DNA of 64,000 nt, from positions 186,001 through 250,000 of the forward strand of contig JAQGDQ010002374.1 of the NCBI GenBank assembly GCA_030141605.1, in the 5' to 3' direction. The stretch's first letter is position 1. Each line of letters opens with the position of its first letter. The notes beneath the pieces were generated by a model. That model searched no databases. It was not told the origin of the DNA and saw only the letters and a list, made by a program, of their open reading frames with translations. This document shows, piece after piece, positions 50,622 to 64,000 of this stretch. This stretch comes from Tubiluchus corallicola. Lineage: Eukaryota > Animalia > Priapulida. Both the position numbers and the translations under genes were made by a program.

Positions 50622-53600
50622 ATGTCAGCTGAATCAGAAGTGAAGGACCTTGAAGAACAGTTGGCTCACGCTACAGTATCAGTGGACATTGATACAGAAA
50701 TTGTTAGTTTTTCCGGTCGAGGACTTAAACTAGACACAGCCGAAGATGGTGAGTAAGAGTGATGTCTTGTTCTGGCCTGTAACATTCAGTTATTAATTTA
50801 CCAGACTTATTTTTGTGAGTTCATTTTGAATCATAGTTGATGTTTCTAGCTCAAGAAGTTGTTAAGGCAATTCGAGAATGCCATTCATTGAAGGCACTAA
50901 AACTGGAGGGCAACACAGTTGGCGTAGATGCAGCAAAAGCAATTGCGGGTGCACTGAGATCACATTCTACATTCCAGAGGGCGCTGTGGAGCGATATGTT
51001 TACAGGCCGACTTCGATCAGAAATACCACCATCACTGGTAATCTTTAATATTTAAACTCATTGTTGTCATCATCATCATCGTTATTATTTTTACAGCTAT
51101 TAGCATTAACCTATTTTAGTTTAGTTTAGTTTGTGCCATATTTGTTAGTATATAAAAAGCATAAAATAATAAAAAAACACTATACAACACAACTACTAAC
51201 ACACTACATAATCAGCACTTATTATAAAGATGTGTAAGTCGTCGTTGTCGTCGTCATCATCGTCATCGTCATCGTTTTTTACAGCTATTAGTTTAGTTTA
51301 GTTTAGTTTGTGCCATATTTGTTAGTATATAAAAAGCATAAAATAATAAAAAACACAATACAACACAACTACAAACACACTACATAATTAGCACTTATTA
51401 TAAAGATGTGTAAGTCTGTAAGAGGACACACAGAGCAAAGCTACTTACATGTGTTGTACAGCCACACATGTAGATACAGCTCGTAGCCACATTTTGTATA
51501 TAGGTAATTAGCAACAAATTTTAGAACCTTGATTATTTTTGTACCAATCTTTAATAATGTGCATATTTGAGAAGCCAGTACGTCGAATCCCGTTAATACG
51601 ATTTTCACGGAACCAAAATATTTTCTCATATTAAGCGGGTTTCGTGCTATCTGTTACACGTGTTTTTACTTCTAATACAAAATAGCAGTTAACGGACATG
51701 ACATCTGTTCATCGGTCTTTTGTCAGGCAGCATAATTTAAGCTTCTTTACCCCCCCATGTTTTGCATGAGTACAAACTGCAAAATTGTATCAACGATTCA
51801 GTGTGTTACCAATCAGTTACTCTGGTTAGTCTTCGGTATGTTAATACCATGAATGTATAGTCTATAATATACTGGACATCACAATGTTAATGCCACCTAC
51901 ACAACAAAACTTTACTATAGCCGCTGCTATGGTATTACAATTGGACACATGCAAACGAAGGGAAGGGAAGGCAGACAGTTAGAAGAACTAGTTTTAAACT
52001 ATAAGGGCAAATTTTTATCACAGTGGGAAGGCATTTTGGAAACCAACAGTTTGACTGCAGGTAGTTGTCTGTACACTCATTTCAGTGATTAATAATTTTT
52101 AAATTGTAAAAAATTTTAACCCGAAAAAATCCTTCAAAGGAAAAATGTGTTGTAATTAACTCACTCACATTTTATTACTGTCTTATAGAAATCAGTAACT
52201 TTACAGTTTTGCAAGTAAATTTGTAATGAAGTCATTTAAATTTGCACTCTCTCTGGCAAAATGTTGCATTATGATGCATAATGGTTGTAAAAAACTTGTG
52301 GCGGTGGTTACCGTTCCAACAGCTGAAGAGTGTCTAGAGTCTAGACGGGCAAGACGTAGCAGAAATCATATTAAAATATTTATTTGTATTAAAATTATAT
52401 TGGCGGGAATTTGGGAAAGTGTTGTATAAATGGTGTTTTTGCAATAACGAGTTTCGTATTAACCATAAGTGATTTCATAGGTTTTATTATAAGCTTGGCA
52501 GGGACATAATAAATTTGTAGTACTCCCCAGAGTTTCGTTTTAAGCAGAATCATATTACTGGGATTCGACCGTAACTAGCAATTTAACTAGTGATTGGCAT
52601 TTCACTTGTAATTTTGTCCATACAAACAACATACAGTTTGAAAGACATTGAGTTGTATTATTTTTTCTGTGTCTATTGTATTATCTTATCATTGCTGTTT
52701 TATATTGTATGTAGAGGGATCTAGGTAGTGCTATCATAGCCTCTGGAGCCCATCTGGTTGAATTAGATCTTAGTGACAATGCGTTTGGTGCCGACGGCGT
52801 CAATGCTATTGTAGAACTACTAAAAAGCGAGAGTGGATATTCTTTAGAGATCTTACGGTTTAATAACAATGGATTAGGCATTAGTGGAGGAAAGGTATGT
52901 GAATGGTACTAGACCACGATGCATTTATAAGTACACACATTCAAATTGCATTTTAACATTACCTATTAAAATTAAGACACAAAACGGATCTTGTGACAGT
53001 CTCTGTTGCCATTTGCAATGTGTAAAATTAGCACAAAAACAGATATTTCGATATCCCTTCTGCTGCCATTTTCGTTGTGCAATATGACAGATCTTTGACC
53101 AACATGTAGTGGCAATGGAAACTGCCAAAGACCTGTTTTTATGTCTTAATTTTAATAGGTAGATGATATTAAAGGTTAAAATTCCTAATGAATGAGTCTA
53201 TTTAAACTGTTGTGCAATTTTCTAACTTTTAACAATTGTTGTAAATTCAAGCCGTCTGGTCACTATTGTATATGAATATACATTATGTATGTGATGCATT
53301 TTATTTAGTAATAGTTTGCATAAAATACATCGACTTTCTTTATGGAATCATTTTCGTTGTTTTTAGGTCTTATCAAAGGCATTATTAGAATGCCATGAAA
53401 AAAGCACAGAAGCTGGACGTCCTCTAGCACTGAAGGTTTTTATCGCTGGGCGCAATCGATTAGAGAATGAAGGATCAATGGCTCTAGCAGAAGCTTTTAA
53501 GGTTAGATAGTCACCTCAGATTGTATATTGATTTATGTATCTCTTCTATAGTACTCTAGATTGTATATCCTCTATAACACTTTGTGACGTTGCTTTCTTT

Positions 53601-56600
53601 GTTTGAAAGATAGTTAGGGTGACTATAGTTATAGGCTGTAATTAACTTCATTATTATTTGTGTAAGTGAACTTGTGATTCTAATCATGAATTTCTTTTGG
53701 TTGACTGCAGAATAATGATTTCTATATATTAACATGTATTTTTTATGGTACAATAAAGGCTATTGGGACATTGGAAGAAATCTCTATGCCACAGAATGGT
53801 ATCTACCACGTTGGTATTGCTGCACTCTGCGATGCATTTTCCTGCAATAAAAAATTACGAATTCTCAATATGAACGACAACACATTTACGGAGAAAGGTG
53901 CCAAAGAACTGGCTAAGGTGATGTGATAATAGAATTTTTTAGAATGATATCATAAATGGCTACTCAATTATGTGTTCCACTGTTTAGGCTGTAATGGTTT
54001 ACCTTAATTTTCATTGTCATGTCTAATTGTTCAAGTGTTCTCAGCACATATTATCTGCTGCCTTGATGATTTATTTGTTCATTTATGATTATTTATATAT
54101 TATTTACTTATTTATTTACGTTAGGCTTTGTCTTACATGCAAGCGCTGGAAGTGCTAAACTTGGGTGATTGTTTACTGAGAGGTGGCGGTTCATCGGTGC
54201 TTGCAGAGGCGCTAACCGAAGGCCATTTAAATCTACGAGAAATAAATTTGGCTTATAATGAAATTGACCAGACCGGTGGTGTAGCCATTGCTGAAGCCAT
54301 GGTGAATAAAGATAAGATTGAGAGGTTAGATCTGAATGGTGAGTTGAGTTGAGCTGTTTGCTATAATGCACTTTCTTGTTACTTTTTTGCTGGCAGCTTT
54401 TTGCCCAGAGAAGCAAAAGGACAGGACTGTGGAGTTGGTATGTTGAAATCCCAACTCTGACTCTTAAAATTTTGGAAGGTCCAACTCCGACGCCTACCTT
54501 TAAGTAATAGTTTGCAGTACTTTCAATATTTAGCTACAGTGGCATTTTATCACTACCAAGTGAATCTTCGGGCTAGGCTTCTTCTTATGCTTAAGTTCTC
54601 CGAATTTGAGTCTTAATGGTCATAGCTTTGACTCCACAGCCCTGCAATATTAGGGCCAGATAATGTTTCTTAGGGCCAGATAATGTATGGCAGTCATTAG
54701 AGAATTATTTTGTAAACACATTATAGAAGTGGATTTTTCTTACTTCCTAGGCAGAGTTCTGTTAAAACAGCTGCAGTAAAAAACATTGTGCTGACAAGTT
54801 TGGAATCGCTTTGATTTTGTTTAACATTATATAAAACTATGACTGATTGGTTATTGTAGTTGTTTCTTTTTTGGTCTTTCCTGATTTGATTTTACATTTT
54901 GTTAACAATTTCATCTTTTCGTAATACAACTTTGAAGAAACGTGCAAATTCCTGCAGACATCGATATTTTTGCCTTTGTAACATATCTGCATTAGGAAAA
55001 TGTAGCTTCATAATTCAAATAAAATTTTAAAAGTTTGTTACCAGCTTTTTCTAACATTTTCTTTTAACTTTTTCTGAAATAATGCAGTTCATGTAACCTT
55101 TTTCAGGAAACTGTTTTGGCGACGAAGGAATAGATTTGTTAACTGCCATCATGGAGGCTGTAGAAAGGCTTGACGTATTAGCCAGTTTATCGTAAGTGCA
55201 GACAAAATGCACAGCTTAGTTATGTATTATTACTAATGTGTAGAATGTTGCCTGGCTGTTATTGTTACAAGCTTCTCACAAAATAATCTATACCCTTCCT
55301 TCTATAAGACAGGCTCAGTGCAAATTATAATACAAGACACAATGAATATTATTTATCTTTCTGCAGAACAACGTTGCATCAATCTCACAAGATAATAACT
55401 ACTATTGACAAATTTAAAGCGCAACTAAAGAAAGAATTATGTAATTCTTATTCTGATTAACTTCTACCTGTTAAGTTCATTTTCACTTTTTCTGCAGCAG
55501 TCACATATAATGCAGACTTACAAGTAGACTTACAAGTCTCAGCATCTGACTACTCTGCAACACAAGATGTTATTATATATATGTAACATTATATTTTACA
55601 TTATATATACATTATTTTCTAATTATATGTATACATTAGAAAATAATGTATATATAATGTAAAATATAATGTAATATATTTTCTAATGTAATTTGCTTGG
55701 GATGGTAGAATAAACTACTATAAACTATATGAAATTTAGAGTTCTGGGTGTTCAAAGGATTTTCCATTCACAGTTCCATTTCAGTGTTAAAAGTATTTGC
55801 ATTTGTTAATTATTTCCTTAATTAATTATTATTAATGTATTTTTTTACTTTACTCCATTTTTTTTGCATATTACTTTACACCAGCGATGACGAAGGTGCA
55901 CCAGATACAGAAGACGAGGAACAGGAAGATAATTATAGTGACGAAAATGTTTCTGATCACGATGAGGAAGAAATTGAGGAAATTCCTGTTAGATCCTATG
56001 CATCTCCATTAAAAAGAGAGCAAAGTGGAGAGGTAAGGCCTATTTAATTTATTTGTTTGTTTTACTAATGCTGGCATTAAATTGACTCTCCATGACTGCC
56101 TTCAGGTTTTGTTTTTTCTTCGTAATGCATGCACAAAGTTGTCCTAGTGGACCTGATGAGAGAAATTATTGATTTTATTAACCCTTACCCGTTAGCTCCT
56201 TTATTAGCAGTTTCTGCCCTTTTTTGGCTTATATATATAAGTACTGTCTTCCAGATTTCATTTAAAGCATTAAAAAGCATGTATATAATTATAGTGTCCA
56301 GGCTTATGCTATATTTTCATCTTTTCCAGGTAATAAGCCACGAAGACCCACTTACGGCTTCACTGGAAAAGTTGAAAATATGATGAAGCTTGAACTGACT
56401 GAATTTAATTTAAAGCGTAATCATTCTGTCCAAATATAAACACTGGTTGACTGATTTTATGTATTTATTTGTGTGATCAAAGTAACTAAAGTAATTCTGA
56501 ATCTTAGGACATTTATGTAACATATGGTATTGCTCAACAGATTACTGTACAGAAAATTTTGTATATGTTTGCCAAGTTAGTCATTTCTAGAGGAAAGAAA

Positions 56601-59600
56601 TTGCCATGTTTAGTAGTTTTCATACTGCTCTTAACTAAGATGTAGCGCACCAATAAAGCTAGAGTAGTCTGTATATGTCGTAAAATCTTTTAACTAGAGC
56701 AAACAATTTCCAAGTGCCATATATACTTATTGCGCCTTTTTTGATTTCTAAGATTACGTTAGAAATAAAACCCTTTTCTTCTTTTCAACAATTTTATGCA
56801 ACTCGGGTAATCAAAATTTCTAACGAATTTCAGTACATGTAATTACACTGCCTGGAAGTTTGCAATTATTTAATAGATAGCAATGCATCATTGTTGTACA
56901 CTTTGCCCTGCCTTAGACTGTAATATCAATAAGCAGTATTTTGAATACCGAATACTGAAGCAACCATTTTATTATACTTCCAACATCTTACTCTGTAATG
57001 GAAGAAAGTTAGTTTATCCAGCTGTAAATAATTTAAATGTTCTTAATTGTTTTTAAAATGTCAGGTAAGTACACAATATATTTTGGTTTTATTAAGTTTA
57101 ATTATGCATTTTTTAAATAAATGCATTTGTAAATAACTGAACAATGTTTGCATAGTAGCTTTTGGGAATAATGAAATACATAAGTGTATATGCATACTAG
57201 AAAGAAAAATCTAATGATTTTTAAGAATGTATCACCAAAGTATTAACGTACGTACGTACATACTCTTACCGCACACAAATTTTTTGTTGTCTCACTTTAT
57301 TTACATGACTGAAGGTCCCTGAACTCATGTATATTAGTTGAGTTGTAATAAACTTCTACATCATAATGCTCGTGTATTATCGTATTTAGCTTGATTCTGT
57401 TTTTTTCTGTTTTCACCTTTATACTATATTTGTTTTCAAGCAACAAAGGCTCAGCTTCATAAAGCCGTTACTAAGTCAACAACGTCTTACAATTGGTTTA
57501 GTGATTGTAATGACATTAATTTAGTGACTGTGTGAAACCGGCCCCCTGTCTTCTCCAGTGCTTTCTGAACCTGATTCTTCATACTCACATTGAACAATGT
57601 TTCTTTAGGCGAAAAAGTATCAGTTTTACAAATGCTTTTTACAAGATTGCTTTTCGAAACAGTTTTAAAATTTAGCCATCCGGAATGTTAACATATAGCA
57701 GTTTTTGGATATACGAAAAAATGCTTTACGTTTGGAATTGTTTATTCTACATCCTATTAATTTGCAAAAAGGAAAACGTATACATACGAAACTGGATTAA
57801 GCCAAGATAAACTGCTGGGAACATTTACATAGACATAAGTGTGGTAACTCAAATTTTCAAAATATTTTGAAATGACAAATTTTCTCGTCATTCAAAATGT
57901 TCATTCATACTTCAAAATGTATATTGCATATGGGAAGCTGTAGTGAGCATTTATGATCTGTTTTATAGTAGTTTTTTGTGTGTGTGTCAGCCTCTGATTT
58001 CAAGCTTAATGCTGCAGTTAATGAGTAAAGTTGATGCTCAGGCAATTTACACATACTACCAAAAAACTGACGCTAAGGCAACTCGACTATACTAGTAAAG
58101 AGTGACGCTAAAGCAATTCACACTTGCTACTAATCCTTAATGTTGTTATTCACATTGATTGAGTTAAAAGTTGTAATTTCAAACTATTTTCTCATAGATG
58201 TGCAAGTAATGAATGCAGCTTCGTATTAAGTGAGATGCATTATATAATTTTGTTTATTACAGGTACAAGCCGAGTCTTGTACTGTGGAGAGATTCCTAAA
58301 GTCACCATCAGCTGCTCGACTGCTGGGTCTTGGAGATGATCGTGTGGAAAAGATCATCAATCACATTGGTGTAAGTTATTAAACACTGAGTACTTTGCAG
58401 TTGTACAATCAGGTCACTATGACTAGCAATTTTTAGTTATCTAATTTTTTATGCAATATTTTATATGCAAATTCTGTAACAGAACAGACATTAGTTGATA
58501 ATTGTGTGTTTTAATATATTCTGTGATCACTGCGTAAAATTTCATATCCTTATTTCTTTCAAATAATGCAATTTGAAAACAATTCCGAATCTGCATAATT
58601 CATTAGTAACCTGAATTTCAGTGTAATTAATGAAAAATCACAAAGGTAAAAATTTTGCTTGCAAATTTTCGATTTGCATTCAAATCATTGTCAATCTGTT
58701 TCCTGCTGCATGCTTTATGTGCAGCATCTATATAATAGTTCTGTGTAATTAGCATTCTCAATGGTGGGTATTGTGGACAAGTTAGAATTAACTATCAAGA
58801 TATGTGTTTATAATTATATGCACTAAAGTTTTGAAGTTGAATCAAACTTAAAATTGTATATAGCACAGTCGTATATTAACAACTTCAAATATGCAAGCAT
58901 ATGTTTAATTTGTTTATTTGGATCTTAGACGTTTGTAAATTTAATTCAGATTTGATCTGATGCTTATAGTTTATTATATGCATGCCATCTTTTAATTTTC
59001 TATTAGGTAGTAAACGGTGGATTATTACCTTCAAAGTTATTGCACAAGCTGATGTTATTTATACAATTTTTTTAATTTTTTAAGTGTTCACAAAATGACT
59101 GTCTGAAAAGGTTTTACCTGTCAACTTCTAACATAATGCACATAAAAGTGATGATGTCTTACAAAATAATGAAAAATACTAAAATATTACGTTCATTTAG
59201 TTATCATTTGTAAACCAATCAGTTTTCTGCAGTCGGGTTAATTCACATCGACTTCACACTCAAATATACTCATATACATGGCTTTTTATAAATCTTTGTA
59301 ATTCTCACTTTTTATTTGCAATCTTGCATAAATTTTCAAGTTATTAGTATTAGTAATGAAAGAGCTATGGAGTTAATGTAATTAGCGTTTTAGTGGTAAA
59401 GCAACTATGTAACTAGTTTAAAGTATATTTTTAAGTGAGAAAGAAACCTTACATTCACAAGTACATTTATATATTTATTAAACAAGTATACAGGTAATTA
59501 ATCAAATGCTAATTGGCTAACAGAATAAAACTTTTAAAGCCTTTCAGAAAGTAAATTCATCACTTACGAATTCCATTACCAATTACAAAATAATTACTCT

Positions 59601-61728
59601 ATAGATAACAACAAAACTGAGCCGGTTATGTAACTTGTTGAAAACTGAGTGTGAGAAAGGGTGTGACAAATTGGTTATGATCTGTTCGATGTTGCTGTAG
59701 AACTATAAGAATAGAATGAACGATGATAAGGCTAATGAAAGAAAGACAAGCCTCAGTGTTGGGATGATGAGAACGCAAGAATCTATATAATTTGCTCTGT
59801 AAAGTAGAATTCGGAGAATGTAATAGATTCTGTAAATTTAATTTCATTAATTAAAGCACCCACTGTATAGTTCGTACAACTATGTAATTAGTGCTGTAGG
59901 TAGTCTTTGCACTTTGTCTGCAGTAGTTTTCTCTCGGCACCTAACTCAGCAATTTTTTCTGCTTCAGGAAAAACTTGACGAATCCGACACAGTTGTTTCA
60001 GTTTTTATGAAATTGTCTTCAACAGCTGGTGGGACAGATCCAAATGTTTATCAAGCTGTCATTGATACCACAGGTCAGTGAACCTGTTTGATCATTTAAA
60101 TACGTCTGTCTATTGTTACTCGTTGGATTAAATTAAGTTTTGCAGGTGGTGACAGTTTGACTGTTGTTGTCCAGTAAATGGTAGTCAATCTTGTCTCGGT
60201 TACTGACTCCACGCACCCTGTACGGTATCTACTACACTGTTCTATCCTTTTGTTTCTCTCATCATTTATTCTTACTTATTAGAGTTTAAATTAGAAAGAA
60301 ATCGTTTTTCATAACCAACAAAAATTTCTTCTCTTGTTACCAGGGTCTATGAAGTACTGATTACCTTATTTACAATGTATTTGTTAGGACTGAAAATATG
60401 AGAGCTCTCCTGAGACTTGTCATCTTTAACATAAAAAACGTAGTACCCTTTACAGTCTCAATGATTATATATTTTTTCTATTTTGTATATTATATAAGAA
60501 TGTAAAATCATTGAGGCTATAAAGGCATTACATTTTTTATGCTATTTGTTAGCTGTTTTTCTTTGTTTAAAATGGCTGCCTTGAGTTTTTTACAATGTGT
60601 TTATAATCTATTAACAGCTTTTCTGTTTTCAGATGTTCTGTTTAGCAAAGCGTTTCAAGAACAGGAACTAGATGGCTTGTTATTTTCGAACTCATTGTTA
60701 GTGCATCTGGGTTTAATAAAGGTACTGATTTAGTTTAATAATTTACGACTGTCATTTGTAATTCCTATGTTTATACTGAAGCTTTGTACATGGCTAATCA
60801 TTATTTTCGTTTTTCTTAGTTTGATTCAAATGGAGAATTTAATGAATACGTCTTGCGTATCACAATATCATTCAGCAAATCACAATATTGTCGTCAAAAC
60901 TCAAAACTGTTATACTTTTCATTTATTTATTATTTATTAAATACATCCACAACAATCATTACAGCATAGCACTTCCAAAGAATTTAATAACATATTTATT
61001 ATATACCCATGATGCCAAGCTGCAAATAACCCGTGGTCTACTCAAGAAGTAAATACTTGTTGACAGCATCCCAAATGAATGTGTAATGGCTCTCAGAATT
61101 CTTGTGGTGAAGTCAACCAATTTAAGTAATTATTAGAAGAGATAGAGCTGTACCATTTCTTTTTGCAGAGCGAGGATAAAAATTTTCAACCAGTTGTCAA
61201 TCTACAAGGAACACTAACAGTTCTGCAACACGTCGTTAAGCAACCATATTATCCAAAGACAAGCAGAGAAATTCTTCAAACATTTCTGGGAAGGTAGGCA
61301 GTCTTGTTGGTTTTAGTGATACAGTCTAACATCATAATGAATGCTAATAGAAGTCCACCAGTAGTAGCGTCAGCACAATGGAATTATTTGCAAGGAGCTG
61401 CTCTGTGTCAAAAACTAATGTCACTTTATAAGCAAAATTGAGTAAGAAAATATAGAGTATATTTTTTAGTAAATTAAGGCTCATTTTTTTCTTAAACTGT
61501 AGTGAACTTGAATGCATAAACTCAAAGTTGCTTACTCGCTGAAGCATAGCATGGGGTTGTGAAGCTAGCACATACCACCAAATGCCATACTTATATTAAT
61601 ACTATAGTTATATTACCACCGTACCACACTTATATTAATTATGTTGCGGTTTTTGCAGGCCTTCAAAAACTCTTGATGCATTCACAAAACAACGTCACAG
61701 CTTGATAGAGACACTGTATCAATACTGA
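50622..61728 (+). CDS. RANGAP1: Ran GTPase-activating protein 1; coding exons 50622-50748, 50850-51037, 52715-52894, 53367-53501, 53759-53917, 54125-54338, 55107-55191, 55885-56032, 58263-58370, 59968-60073, 60633-60721, 61169-61293, 61659-61728
   Basis: [77 protein letters not shown], acidic tract, C-terminal domain with SUMO motif LIK|SE, ends LIETLYQY*. Confidence 0.96.
51070..51416. repeat. Imperfect tandem duplication (~170 bp) bounded by (ATC/GTC)n microsatellite
   Basis: 'ttacagctattag...tttagtttgtgccatatttg...gatgtgtaagtc' occurs twice. Confidence 0.85.
51581..52571. mobile_element. Tc1/pogo-type non-autonomous element in RanGAP1 intron
   Basis: TA|cgtcgaatcccgttaatacgatt ... aatcatattactgggattcgaccg|TA. 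Confidence 0.7.
54422..54644. mobile_element. hAT-like MITE
   Basis: Termini caggactgtggagt / actccacagccctg with internal ccaactc(c/t)ga repeats. Confidence 0.6.
55586..55672. repeat. Perfect 38-bp inverted repeat with 11-nt spacer
   Basis: acattatattttacattatatatacattattttctaat (55586-55623) is the exact reverse complement of 55635-55672. Confidence 0.95.
56330..56383 (+). CDS. RANGAP1: Candidate alternative terminal exon of RanGAP1 ([17 protein letters not shown])
   Basis: Strong pyrimidine-rich acceptor ttttcatcttttccag; phase 0, matching the donor at 56032; AATAAA at ~56652 and ~56764. Confidence 0.6.
   Translation, partial: VISHEDPLTASLEKLKI
57448..57543. mobile_element. Foldback MITE family B, second copy
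   Basis: Reverse-complement homologue of 44430-44537. Confidence 0.7.
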
Positions 61729-62382
61729 CTTCACAAGCTTCTGCACCTTCAATTTATCTTTGCAAGCCGATGCAAGTTAAACTTACAGCAGAAAACGTCT
61801 CAAGTGAGCCAACATAAACAGTGCGATTTCTCCTTCCAGGATTTTAAAAGTGCAAATGTGAACAACTCATCTCTAAATGTAAAGGGCTTAGCTGCTTAAA
61901 ACTTTATGCTTTGGTGAGACTCAAGTGTGGTGTTGCCGGTGTTGTACATTTTTGGTGAAAATACAAGTGTTCTGGAGGCACAAAGCGTACAATATGATAT
62001 GAAATAACACTATCATGACCAGCGTCTAATGATTTATAATGAAATGTCATTCACATGTGGCATTACCTTGCAACTTTATTCCTCTACAGAAGAAGCATCC
62101 TAAGTAAGGCATAGTTACATTCCAGTTTTGCTGCAAAGTGTGAAATCCACCAACAAAAAAGCAGTAAGCTTATTGTTGTACTGTACTTAACTATACACAT
62201 ACACAAGCTTCTAAGTTGAAGCCATCTTAAAATTACCTTCTCGCAGGCCGAATGTAATAGTGATGCATAACTTGTGATAAAATTCTGTCATTAATGAAAT
62301 TTCCTATCTTTATTGGAAGGGTGAAATTCATTTTATTGATCTTTTGTCATAATAATAAATTCTAAGCTTCGTAATAACATAC

Positions 62383-62562
62383 TAAAGTGGCATTTATCAG
62401 ACATCCAGGATGCATATGCGTTATCCACTTGCGGAACTGTTATGTACATAAAAATTTATAGGAAACAGCTGCAGAAAAAATAATGCATAACGCAAGTCTG
62501 ATAAACGGAGCATATTCTGCATAATGCAGCCGCATTCCGGATGTCTAGTAAACGTCACTTAA
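62383..62562. mobile_element. Harbinger-like MITE downstream of RanGAP1
   Basis: ~40-bp imperfect TIRs aagtggcatttatcagacatccaggatgc / gcattccggatgtctagtaaacgtcactt, flanked by TAA. Confidence 0.65.
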
Positions 62563-64000
62563 GCTGGTTGACAAGTCCTGGATCTGGGTACTCTGCTTCT
62601 GTAATTAGAATGTCTGGGATAAATACAAAATTAAGAATCAGTGGGGAGGGAGAAGGAGCAGAAACAGAGAAAGAGAGCATAAGGGAAAAGAAACAGGGGG
62701 AAGCAAATAATTAAAAAAAAGATAAGGGAGAATAAGGAATCTACGAGTGAAGAGACTGTGTCACCTCTGAGTTCTTAAAGCCAACTCTGTATCCAAGACG
62801 AAGTTTTGTTAGTAAGACATGCGGAAAATTGAAAACAGTAAATTTGAATTTGTCTTATGGTTTTATACTAGTTGCTCATAGCAAAAAGTCTGTCTGTCTG
62901 CAACAAACTGTCTCACACAAAATTTACAAATGCACCGCAACAACCTATTGTACTAAAATCCCACACAATGGCAGGATGAGTGTGGGACAGAGTGTGAGCA
63001 CATTTAAGCAAAATCTAAGTGTGTGACAAAGTTGGTAAATCAAGTTACAGACAAACTTTGCAGCATGTGCACCAAGTATTAGTATTTGATGCGTTATGTT
63101 GCCGATGCATTTAAAAATGTACATGTGAAATGGATTTCACTCAGTAGTGTGATGGCTGTAAAAGGAAAGCAACTTTATCTGAAAACATGAGCACAGCGAA
63201 AAACATGAACTAGGAGCAATTAATTTTAAAAAGACATTTTATTGTAACAACAAATTTTTGTCTTAGTATATATGATTCTTTGCAAAATCCTCATGACAAT
63301 CTAATTGGCAAATTATTATTACTTTAAAACTTTGCAATATAACTTTGCTTGTGAAATTTAGTGGGAAATGTCCAGATGTTTGGAAATAATTTAAGGTTGT
63401 CACAAGGCATGTACGGTTATAATTTAGCATTTAAATTTCAGTCAATAACAAAGCTTGAAATGCTGCTGGCAAAAAATCAGTTTACTTGGTTTTTGCATTG
63501 CCTGATATCTGATTACTTTGCCCAATGGGACAGGACGCAAGAACAGTATGAAATTATCATTAGTTGTCCTACCCTACTATGTAAAACGTATGTTCGCTAA
63601 CGGCAGATGCTAATTGAATCATGCATCATTCACTTAAATTGTTTGGCTAATTAAAGCAAAACAGAACGTGTTTGTCCTTTTGTTGCATGAATTCTGGCAA
63701 ACACTGAAGCAACCGAATGCACAAAAATCATTCTCCATTTACAGTATGTGCAAATACATGCACATCAGGTCCTTTAACAATTTACATATTGCCACTGGAA
63801 GAAGCCAGTGAAACGCATCCATTCACAAAAGACACTAGAAAACATTTATTCAGAGTTGAAGCTGCATCAGCAATTTTGTAAGAAATACGTACACAGGTAA
63901 CTTTGAATTAACGAGCTTTTCCACTTTCCTACACCTTTCGTCCTTTCCTGGAGTTTTTCTCATATAATAAGTGCATGTCACTGTAGGCAGAACACTTAGG

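Noticed and set aside
63850-64000. Possible 3' end of a convergent - strand gene at the window edge
   Set aside because: Short open frames only, with no recognisable protein; needs flanking sequence.
1-64000. CRISPR arrays, operons or prokaryotic defence systems
   Set aside because: Spliceosomal gene structure throughout; the repeats are simple tandem duplications, microsatellites or MITEs, with no repeat-spacer pattern.

Overview
AT-rich, intron-rich eukaryotic DNA from a metazoan, most likely an invertebrate; the species cannot be determined from the sequence. Splicing exons by hand at GT-AG sites gives four host genes in alternating orientation: a LITAF-domain gene (-, 3595-6049), MKS1 (+, 6883-20207), DNTTIP1 (-, 22851-48713) and RanGAP1 (+, 50622-61728). 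LITAF/MKS1 and DNTTIP1/RanGAP1 are head-to-head pairs. DNTTIP1 introns hold three nested receptor-type genes: two antisense signal-peptide/LRR/LRRCT genes with GPI-like tails and one intronless, motif-divergent class A GPCR. Most notable: (1) the first LRR gene has a tandemly duplicated LRRCT terminal exon predicting a secreted versus GPI-anchored switch; (2) RanGAP1 has a candidate alternative last exon that removes the SUMO/RanBP2 domain and adds an NES-like tail. Introns also carry LINE, Tc1/pogo and Penelope-like remnants, many MITEs, tandem duplications and a perfect 38-bp hairpin. Gene names rest on recalled family motifs, not database searches.
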